This document shows positions 1 to 12,000 of a stretch of DNA of 64,000 nt, piece by piece. The translations under genes and the position numbers were made by a program. Below the pieces are notes generated by a model. The model had not been told where the DNA came from. It ran no database searches and worked only from the letters and a program-made list of their open reading frames with translations. Positions within the stretch are counted from its first letter, which is position 1; each line of letters opens with the position of its first letter. Location: positions 320,001 to 384,000 of the forward strand of contig CM000435.1 of the NCBI GenBank assembly GCA_000165345.1, written 5' to 3'.

Positions 1-3000
1 CACTATCACTGTATGTATCAGTAGTGACTGTTCCAGCATCAGTGTTATAGTCCTCTAAGCCAGAAGGGATTTCCTTTTCTTGGAAAAATTCTCCAAAGGA
101 ATCAATAAAGATTTCCTTGGTTGTTGATTTGGAGAGTCGGCTTCTGCTTAAATTATCGCTGCTACCAATACTATTCAAAGCTAGAGGGAATGTGAGACCA
201 GGCACTACCATCTTACCACTACTGACACTTGATGTTGATTTAGAATTTGTTGGTGAAGGTTCACAATCAACCGCCGGCCAAAGGAAAGAAACGTTTATTA
301 TACCAGGGTGTCTGATTCTTGCAAATCTTTGGATCTGATCCAAAAATACTTCAATATGTTTCAACATCTCTTCATCTTCGTATATATCTGGGCTATGTTC
401 ACCAATTAAGTTATAAGTTAAAAAGTTAAAAATTGATATAGAAAAAGGTGATTTTAGAGAAATACCATGTGATAAAGAATCCAACATTGAAATTAATCCA
501 GGTCTTGCATGCTTGAGAATTTCTGACCATTCATCATTATCAATATTTATTGGCCCTTTATAAACCTTTGACTCTAAATAAGTCCTCCAAGCTGTTGCAA
601 CGTACATAATAAAATTGAATTCTTGGAAAGAAACTCCTGAATATTCTAAACCTGGCTTAAGCCATGGAAGATCTTTCTCACTGCAAACAAATGGCTTCGA
701 AAATGCTTTCCTAAGGAATTCTACTCTCTTTCTGAAAATTTGTAATGGATTCGAAAAATCCCTTATGCTGGGATCCGAACCCATGGCATTATAGATGTAC
801 CAATTTAGCATTATTAGAAATTCCTGAGCAAGCATTGGGAATTTTCTAATGCTGGAGAGATTCTCGAAGATTGAAAGTAATGCATAATACCCAGTATTTG
901 AATGCTTTGATGTGGTATAATTATAATCAGATTCAGATGGCCAGAAACTTCTTGCAATTGAGATGCATTTTCCCAATGTAAGTTCAGCTCTCACTTTTTC
1001 ATTCTTAATGAACCTTAATCCAAGGTAAAAGATTATTCTTCCTAGATTTTTGGCTTCCTCTCCTTCAAATTTAGGAATCTCCAGATTTAATCTCAAAGGA
1101 ATAAAGTTATCAATTATTCCTATCACCCTTCCAACATTAAAGTAACCATCCTCAGCAGTTTCTTTAATAGCATCTAATCCAAAGAGCTGCTTCTCTATAG
1201 CATAGAAAGAATCTAATAATAGATAAGCTTTGTAGAATTCAATATTCTTAAAGTATTTGGAAATCTTGGGTGTTGATTCTAAAATATCCATGCCACTGTA
1301 AGCAGAAAAGAAGTTAATGCAGTCCTCCAAGGAAATTCCTGCTCTGTTATTCCCTCCACCATTATTTGGAAGAATAGCAAAGGAAGATACATTGTCTGAA
1401 TATTGATGAGTTGTTATGTGAATAAAAGAGTGGAATGTTGCAGCTCTGTTTGCAATTTTGATACTAGTAGGTGGGAAACTTCCATCATTACTTATTATCA
1501 TATTACCATCTAATTTGGATATTAACAAAACAGTGGGAAATATACCAACAGTAAAGTCCAGAACCTCTAAAAGATTCATTTGAGCCAAGAATTTATTTAA
1601 TGTCAAAGGTTCTCTTTTCTTTGATGAATCAACATTGAATGTAGGAATTATTCTTAATACAGCTATAAGCTTAAATGGATCCTTCTTCCTGTAATAACTG
1701 CTTTGAACAATTGAAAGCTGAGCATTAATTAGAGGATCTGTATTATAGGAATCTCCAAGGGATTTAGAAAGTGTTCTAATATCAAAGAATCCACGTTCAA
1801 ACTTGCTATTAATAATTCTCTCAAGACTTTCTATATTTCCAAATAGTAGAGAAAGGAGATTCTGATTATAGTTGGAATAAATGCTTTTTTGGTATTTTCT
1901 ATTCTTGGTTGGATCAATATCTTTAATTGGTGAATCTAACTTGGAGTAAGATGAATAAGAAATATCTCCAACTATATCAAATAGTGAATCTAGAATTTCT
2001 GTGAGAGCATCTACCGTTAGATTCCCTACATCTGATCCAATTTCCACGAGAGAGTTCAATATCATCTGAGCAATGCATAAAAATCCTTGATTAGTTACTT
2101 GACTACAACTGGAAGCTCTTAGTAGTATACTGGTACTCATAAAGTTAATAGAAGCTGGAATTGAAAGGATTATTCTGTTTCCTGGATGGTTTACTATGGA
2201 GTTAAGAGATTTAAGGTAATAGACCAATAAGTTAACATGAGGAACAAAAGATTCTTGTAGGCCTGTAAATCCAAGATTCTTGAATGATGAAGTAATTAAA
2301 CCAGTATTTTGGGATACATGTCCAAACTCTGGGACTGTTGAGAAATAGCTTGGCCTTTGTTTAAACTTAAAGTTTGAGAAGCAATCTGCGATTAATTGTG
2401 GCTTTGAGATGAATTCTCTGGCAAAGTTAATTAAGATATGATTCAAAAGGAGACTAAACATGTCTGTTTCTGTAATTTTCAATCCAGATCTTTGGAGGGA
2501 CAAAATAATCTCAGCTGAGTAATACTCATAGAATAGGAATTCAGGATTAGTATCGTAAACACATAACTTGAGAACTGAGATCTTTCGTAGGAAATCAGAA
2601 GAAATCTTGTTGAGATCTTTAGCTGACTTTAAAATTTGTATTGGCTCAAAGAGTTTCCTAGCTGAAAATGATTCAGAAACTCCCAAAAGAACACGCATAG
2701 AAAATGTTTTATAATCCAGACCTAAAGAATAATCTATATAAGAATCACCATTTTCATATTCTTGTTCGTCTTCAATATCTTCGCTAGCGTAATGATTAAA
2801 GTCGTAAGTATCCAAAACATTAGCTGCAATGATCCTGAATAAATCAACTGCTGCATTAATAGTAACTGAATCGCTTAACATAGAAGCAACAAGAGTTTCA
2901 TGTAGGTTATCATACTCCCTAAAGGCAAATGTTAAATCACCATAATAGCTGTATGCATCCTGAATAGGATATTCATTTAAAAGACCATAAGATAGTATGT

Positions 3001-6000
3001 ATCTTTCGATTGGAATCTCCAAGTTATCTTGATCTAATTCTTTAGTAGTGAGGAAAGAACTGAGGAATGAAAAGATGGAATCTGGATCAAGTCCTAAAGA
3101 GGGAGCTGAAATAAGGTCAGGACGATCTCTTGCCCAGAATTCTATAGCACATTTAGTTTTGTGCGGTAATTCAATGGAGTAATTATCCAGTATTACACTC
3201 ACATCTGGAATATCAATAGTGAAAGCTGATCTTGGAGCTGCTGAAAGATATTCAACAAGCTTTTGAGTCACGAAATCATGAATTTGGGAACGTCTATATG
3301 AATCGTGCCCTTCACCCCAAGCCTTATTTTTGATTTGACATCTTTTTCTTTGGAATGGATCATTAATTGGCAAACTAAGAAGGAAAAGACCAGCAATTCC
3401 AGATTCTAAGATCTTGGAGATATTAGAACCACCACTCTCTTCCACCATCCTTTCTTCAAATTCATTATATGCAGCAATTATAGGGGATAATAACTTAGGA
3501 AGGAATCTTCCTGTTTTATGTATTAATTGAGTTTGTAAATCTATACGTAAAGAAGCTCCTTGTCTAATCTCTGCTCCCTCAAAGATTCCAATAATGGACT
3601 TAAAATCATTCAAGAAATCAACAAAGAGTGGATCTCTACCGATAGCTGGTGAAATGTCCCAGATTCGAATAAGCCATTCTCTGAATAATACTGCTCGATT
3701 TAATACGTGTAATCTTAAACCATTGAAATTGTTTCTGAATTGATTTTCATCTGGAGAATCCTGGCCATTATGTAAGGATATGACTCCAGATTCAAAGGTT
3801 GCTTGGCCAAGATCTACCAAAGAATTGTAATCACTGCTTAGATCAAGATTCTGATTCAAACTATAAACTTGCTTAAGCTTTTTCCTGAGTTGAACATGTC
3901 CAGGATCAAATCTAACAAGATGATCATTTGAAGCTTCAGAATATACAGATGAATGTTTTTCACTGCCTAATCCCATCACGAAAGGTACCCAAGGCTTTAC
4001 AAAGCTTCCAGTAATAAAGGATGTCTCTTTAAAGCTGTAGAAGGCATTATTTAGATGGAAATTATTGTTAAGAATTTCCTCAGTTGTGATGGAGGAAGAA
4101 AGTGACTGGGACTTGGGAGAAAAATGTAAGAACTCTTTGTTTTCAAATTCATTCAAAAATATCAATGGAACTGAATCATTGTTTTGGTCATATTTAGTAG
4201 CAGCAAATAATGATTGAATGAAAGGAGTCAAATTCTCAGAGGAGGCAAATGCCAATTGTATAGAACCACCACTGAAGAAATTGTTTGTATGACTCTTATA
4301 TTGTATGTATATCCGTCTAATATCATCAATAGTGAAGTTTCCAAGTGAGAACTTGTCTTTATGAGAAATCAATGTGAAAACTGATTCTGGTATTCCTTCA
4401 TGAATGGATATAGCTGTAGCTCGAACCACATTTTCAAAGTTAAGGAGGTTATGATGCTTGAAGGAGATATAGAAATGGCTCATTCCAATCCTAGAAAGAA
4501 TGTGTAACAAGTAATGGATAAAGCAATAGATATAATTGAACCTGGTGATTTGAAGATTTAATGGAATTCCAGTACTTTTTGTATAAACTGTCATCATTCC
4601 TCTGGAAGAATCTGAAGTAGAAACTGCATAAAAGGCTTGATATTTTTCAGCAGGAATTAGATCATCAAGGCTGATTACTTTCAAAAGACTGTTAAGATCT
4701 TCATTACTAAATAGTGTTAGAGAAATGAGATCAGAGGTAAATTGAGAAAATACATTATAAGTTCTTGCTGAAAGTGTTTTTAGCTGGGTAAATCTGAGAT
4801 CCAATGCAGGCTTATTAAAGTTAGGAATGTGGAATGATTCCAAGAGGCGTGAGATGAACCTTGAGAAGATCTTGGAAAACAAAAGAGAGAATTTGTTAAT
4901 AATTACAAGATTCTCTTTGAGTTTAATAGTACCAAATCCATGAACTCTGACAGCATCCAAAACATTGATACCAAGCATTATAGCTTCTGATACATCTGAA
5001 GTGGAGAATGATGTAATAATTTCAGAAGTTGGAGATAATGACATCTTTTGAGAAGCAATAACAGAGCTTCTAGAGACAATTAGTTTGATATTTTCCCCAA
5101 GAAGCTCCTCTTCAATTTCTGAAAGACCGAGTTTTGGTATGAATGGATTACAACTGTCTTCTATTCTTGAACAACTGAGTCTTAGTGGAATATTTTTTAC
5201 TCTGAAAAGTGGACTTCCAAACTTGAAGAAAGTTGAGAAGATTTGATCAGTAAAGAATTGTAAATAACTATTGGAAGAACTAAAGTTGAGGAAGTTCAAC
5301 TCAAAATTCTCAATAATGAAGTCTGCCAAATCTTCATAACTAGCACCAATTGTTGGAGCTTGGAAAAAGATTCGAATTGAATTACTTTCTTCAAATTCAC
5401 TCCAAATGTACAAGACGTAGGCTAGGGAGTTTCTATTTAAATCAAAATGTTTTGCTATAAATGATGTGTTTGGAATAATAATGGTTGGATAATTACGAGG
5501 ATTTGCTGCAAAATATTCTGAGATGATTCTGAATAAGTATTGAGAGAGGTTCTTATTTTCTGGTCTGACAGAAGTCACCAAATTTCCTTTAGGTATTGGA
5601 ATCTCAGGGATTTTAAGATCGATTGAAAATATAGAATTGAGCATACCAGTATCATTTGAATATGCTGATTCCAAATCCTTGGCTCCTGAGAACTTTAAAG
5701 CTTTGTTTTCAAAATTTAAAAATGAATCAATCATTAGATAAATATGTCTTTTCTTTAAGGAGACCCCAGAAATTCCAGAAATTTGTTTTGATATGGAGCT
5801 GAAAATGACATCTGGGGAAGTCATCATGCATGAAGTTTGAAATGCTTGAGCTAGAATCTCAATATTCGAAAGCAATTCTGCTAATACGAAATCGTTGGCG
5901 TAGAATGGTATCTTTGGCCAGGTAATAAGCCACCAATGCAGGAAAAACACAGCTCTATTCACGCAAATGATCTTCTTATCATGTAAGAAAGAATTTTTGA

Positions 6001-9000
6001 GTTCGTATCTCTCACCTCTTGGAATTTCTTCAACATCTAAGTAAGAAATGGCAATCGAAGATTGACTCTTACTACCAGAATTGAGCTTTATTGGCTTTAA
6101 ATTGAAGGGTAACTTTCTGTAAAGATCATCAAAACTTTCTATTACAATACTTTCTGGCTTTAATTCACTGTCTAAAGGAGCTTCTGAAAAGAAATCGAAT
6201 GATATTTGTCTATTAATACCAGGGACATCTTCCAGTTCACTAAAAGAGTTTGAAAAGAAGACACTCTCTAATACTGATCTAAACATTACTCTTGCCATTG
6301 ACTCTTCTTGACTTGATAATAAAGAAAAGTGATTACTTGATATCTCATCTGAGAATTGCAAAGTACTGGAGTTACTTAATTGTAAATCATCCAAAATGAT
6401 GTCATTCTCACTCATATATCTGCTCATAGCTGCCAAACAAGCATCTAAATTTGAGAATAAGGTTTCATTTGAGCAGTCTTGAGACAAGTTTGGATTGTAC
6501 TTGAGAACGATTTTCCTGACATTTTGATCAAAGAAATCAATCAAAATAACAAGTTTATCAATTTCACTAGCATCCAAAGGACCAAATATCTTCATTGAAA
6601 GATTCTTAATAATTGAAATAAGGACTGATCTGTAAGATAAATATTCAAAGTTCTTAAGTCCGCAAAAACCTGACCATATACTCACATTAGAATAGTCAAG
6701 AGGATCAAGTTTTCCAATCTTATCCTTGTTCTGAGGTTTTTCAAGGACTTTTACAATGAAGTAAGAGAAAACTAGAGCATAATTGCAAATAGGAGTTCTG
6801 GTAACGTGATTTTGTCCAGAAACAAGAGCTACTTCCGATGTTTGAGTTAAGAACCTTTGATTGAGTTTTTGTGAATGAGTGGAGAGATTCCTTGGGAAAC
6901 TGAGTTCTCTAGAATTTAAAGATTCTTCCAAATCAGCAAACATAAACTGATATTTATCAGAGTCAAAATCAATAAAGAGAGTGATCCTGTTTACCAACTC
7001 ATATCTTACATTTTCTGGATAAAATCCTTTAGTGTAAATATCTGAAATAGCACTCTGAAGAATCTCTTCAGCCACAATTCTGTTATCTGAACTCTCAACA
7101 TAAGGTGTAAACTGAGATATCAAGAAGCTCAAGGATTTGGCAAAAGTTGAATAGAAGATATTCCCTGCTAAGTTTTCCAAATTTTGACCAGAAAGATCAA
7201 TGCTTGTTCTAACAATCTCAAGAAGATTTTGTCCAGTTATGAAAGAAAATGAGATTTGTTTGAAAGTTTCACTATTCAAATCTGCAGAGATACCAGTCTT
7301 GGAGGTAGTATAACTGAGAGCCAAACTAATAAGATCACTCATAGCCAAGAATGAACCAAAGTAAGCTTCATCACTGGAGAAGAAATGAGCCGAAAGGAAA
7401 GTATGCTTGAAATCCAATAACTGATCATCAGATTGAACCGAAGTAAGTAAAATCTTATTAATAGGAGAACCAAATTCAAGATGAGTGTTTTTGAATTCAT
7501 TTTCAATATAATGAGAATCCATAATATCTGAGAACGGTAAATTCAATATGTAGAATTCTGCGAGGGAGTTTGCAGAAGCTCCAATAGAAGGAGCAGAAAT
7601 GTAAGGGCTCATGGGACCAAATATTGATGTAATCAAGAAAACTAGCTTTTCAAAATCATTCGAGAAGTTCATTGCCAAGTTAGTTAATCTTGGAATTGCA
7701 ATGGTTGGCATTCTTCTAGGTGAAGAGGCAAAGTATTCAGCTGTGATCCTCTCCAAATAATCCAAGAAGTTGACTCTAGCGTTTGCTTGAGAGTGATTTC
7801 CCAAATCATTTGAATTGGTACTCCCCAAAAGTTCCAAGTTGGGAGTGAAGGAAAAGATTGTGGGAATTTCTAATAAAGGCAAAGTTGTTTTCTTCTTATA
7901 GAATCCTGCAATCATCCGCAAATCCTGATATGCTTCTTCTAAGTTAGTAGCAGGACGATCCAAAGCCAGGAACACGCTGTTCTCATCCGCTATAAAGTAC
8001 TTTACAATAATGTTCAAGGAACTCAAAGCCATAGGGAAAGGATGTGAAGACGTGAATCCTACCAAAGAAGTTGCAAGTATATTACTGTCTTGTGAGAAGC
8101 CAAAAGTGACAAAGGCTGGTAAAAGATTCCTCACGCTTAGGAGATCCCTAGCAAGTAAGGGATCACTACAATGGAAAGGCATTCTTGGTAAGACTGAGGA
8201 AAGCCAGATTCTGAAAGCTTGCATTCTGTTAATATTCTGAGTAGAGCAGGATAACTCTGGGTCAAATCCAGGAGGAGGTGGCTCTAAGATGCCAGTTTCT
8301 GGGTTAATATTCCCAAGCACCAAAGCTGGGATAAAAACACCAGAAAGACCCTTTTCAGCAAGCTCTTCATCAAAGGTAATTTCTCCATTTTCTCCAATAT
8401 GTACGCCTAAGTTAGACATATTGTGTGTATCAGAAATGTTTATTGACGGGGCGATCATTCTTTTGCTCAAAATCATCATTGCTGAACTGAGCAATGTTGA
8501 GGAAAGCGTACCAAGTTCCAAAAGCAAATTGTGAATATCGTTCCTAATCTTCTCAACTACGAATAAAGCCGTGTCTTCCTTGTTAACTTGTGCGTTAAGC
8601 TCATCCAAGAGAGCACTATGTTCCAAGCTAAGTCTCTCAATCTCTGATAAGATCTGAGCAGCTCTTTGTGATCGCTGAGCCTGATCACCATCTTGATCCT
8701 GCCCTGGACCTTCGGATGGCAAGCCTGGAGATGTACCTGAAGGGAGAGATCTGAGCCTCCTAAATTGGTAATTTGTAGGGAGATGGTCTACCCAAGGTAC
8801 CAAAAAGATATGAGAATTGTGACTAAGCCTTGTATTATGTTGAATGTAGAGTTTGAAATCTTCGATACTGAGCAAATAATCGAAGAAGATGGAATCATCG
8901 TTCAAATTCTGACTGTTAGCCCATTTTAATACTTTGATGAATAAATCTTGGCTTTGTGGCTGGGTTTGAAATAGTCTTGTTAAGTATGCTAAGGTCAAAT

Positions 9001-12000
9001 CAGCAAAGTGAATCACGCTTTGATTCTCTATATCTGAACTTGAATAATCATCCCTGTCTTTAACAAAGGTCCAAACACAACTTGGTATAAAGATCTTTCC
9101 ATTCACTAAGTCTATTTCAGTAGCAAACCCACCTTCCAAATCTGGATTTCTTGTGTAGAGAAAATATTTCTCAAAGATTAAATAAGCCATTAAGGCGAAA
9201 GTTAAATCTTCAGCTAAACTATCTGACAGATTTAGGCTTTGATTACCTTGAATGATTTGCTTAATTATATCTTCAGATAAATTTGCTTCATTTGGAAGAG
9301 CTTCAACCAAGGTTCTAAGCTCCTCATAGTTAAACTTTGGAATCTTTCTAAGCTTATAGATGAAATACTGCTGCATCCAATTATAGATTAGTCTAGACCT
9401 GTTTTCCCTAGCAGTTGTTTCCTTTACAGAATTTGCTGAGTAATTCAAAAATAAACTCTCTCCATTGGCAAGATTTCTTAGATATATTGTTGGATCAATC
9501 AAAAGCTCCCAACCATCCAAAGTTAATGCTGCAAAGGTCATTTCCATTGAGTAAACGCTTCCTAGTGCTCCCTGTCCATCAGAGTCCAAATCCAGAACTT
9601 GAGGTAATATAAAACTTTCATAATTCGACCATTCTTGAGCTAGAATTTCTATCAAAGAATCAGTAAAGTGTTCAGGATTTAAATTACTTCTCATTTCATT
9701 AACATATGAAACTTTGTTATTGTCCACACATCCTTGTAAAATCCTATTTGCTTCCTCAGTTGTAATGAAACTGATATTATTGTTTGAATAAGCCTTGATC
9801 CTACTGTTGATGAATCCTTGGAAGAGATAAACTCTTTGAAGCCTTTCTTGAGTTACCAATTGAGGAAATATCTCGGTCATTACACCTTCATTTGCAGCTT
9901 CTAAATATTGATTCATGATATCTAACACATTAACTGCAGCTTCAATTAAGTACTTCCCCTCTACATAACTTGCTAAAGGATACTCGTAAAGAGCTTCAAA
10001 ATAATTATCAATACTAATTGGGCTGAAGCTTGAGTTATGTTCATTAAACAACTTCTTCTCATAGCCACAAAATGCTTTTGGTAAAGCTTTGTACTGTTCT
10101 TGAGTTAATCCTAATCCTTGAATAACTAAAGAAACATCCGAATTCTCATCCAATCTACCTCCCAATGCATTATAAAGTCTTACTGGGGAGATATGAACAA
10201 AATTACCATGTTTAACAAGAATTTCTTCCATAAAGGCTGAAGCAAAAATAAACCTGTTTTGAATCCAACCTGGCATTGAATTAAATGCATAAAAGAAATC
10301 AGGTTTTAAATGGTCAGCTGGAGGAATTCCTTGAGCTGGAGAACTTGGAATAATAGAATCCAAAAAGCTTGGCTTAGGGAATTCTGGAATCATATAGAAC
10401 TTTTCCATTCTCGTCTTGGTAGAGCCTTCCAAAGATGCTAGTTTTCGCTTCTCATGAGCTAAAAAATGAGAAAATAGCTTATCAATCTTCACTGGAAGAC
10501 CGTTTTGGCGTTTCTGCAATGTAGTATTAATAGCCAAAGGCCACTTTGTTCCAGGGTGTCTTTTCTTGTATTTAAAAGCTCCACAAAGCTCTTCAAGAGT
10601 AATGATATCACTTGATGAACCAGTCTTGATGAGTTTTTTGTTCATAACCTCCAACATTGAACAAATCCTATTCATTTCCCAAGCCTTGATTCCATTACAA
10701 TCATTAAATCTGACAGAGATTACACGACCTAAATAATCCAAAATCCCTATCTCTTTCCAAATACGAACTGTATCAGACATGGGACCTCCAACTAAGGCAG
10801 TCTGACGCATTTCTATAACAGTTCTTTCTGGACCAAAGATATCCATAATCTGTGTTCTATCCATTGTTTTACCAGAAGAAGCTTTGCAACCCAATATATC
10901 TCTAGCCATATTTGCTATCTCCGTCAACTGATCCGTAGTCAAAGGATTTGTATAGGTTGCACCAATAACAGCAGCAATAACCTCCGTACACTGTTCCTGG
11001 CTTCTTTCCTCTTCAATAAAGTTAAGCATTATATATACCATTGACATGACTTCATCCCTAGCTATTACAATTCCTAACCTCTTTTCAATCTCGTGCATCA
11101 ATTTCTCTGCAATTCTTCTATAGAAAGGTAGAATCCTGGATTCAAATGAATTATCCTTAGGAAAAGCTTCCAAATGGAAGTAATCTGAAATCTCAATTGC
11201 AGACATTTGCTTCGATTTAGTATCAGCTCTGTGCTTTGGAAGCTGAAGGAAGTAATCTAAGATATACATAACTTCATTAATAATTCCAGAATCATCTGAA
11301 ATTCTTCCCAACAAAATATCATTCTGTAATACAGCTGCAATAATATTCAAAAATTGTGTTCTTGTCCTCATTCCTGAGTATAAATGCAAAAGCATCCTTA
11401 ACATTAAGCAAGTCTCCTGTATTGTTACATAATGTCCAAGTACTTCTCTTAATTTCACTGCAAAAGTTAAAGAAAGACCTACAAAATCCGCAGGGTGAAT
11501 CTTGATTTCTTTATTTTCAAAAGCCTTCTTGGCTGAATCAAAGAGAGCAGAACACTCGTTACTCTTTCTGTATGGTTTAGTTGCTATTTTTGGGAAATAA
11601 TCGCCATACTGAGGATTCAAGTGTTTGTAAGTCTTTCTATTACTTGGGTCTTGCCAAATTGAATCTGTTCCTGGCAAATATGATTTATACTCACTCATTG
11701 ATAACTTTGACTTGTCAATTTTTCTCCTTTCTCTCTTTGTGAATTTTTCATCTGTATTGGTGCTCTTGTGATTCAAAGAATTATTTCCAATACCAATAGC
11801 TTGATCTGTCTGAGTTGACTTTTTAGATTTTCCACTAGGCATAGAACTTTCCTCTTTACTGTCTGAAGAAGTGGAACCACTTGAAGATTTTCTTGGCTTA
11901 CTACCACTACCTGACCTGCTTCTTTTCTTCTTTGAGACCTTTTCTTCTTCCCTTTCGTTAGACTTCGATCTTTCTTCAGCCCTTTTCTTTGATTTTGTTG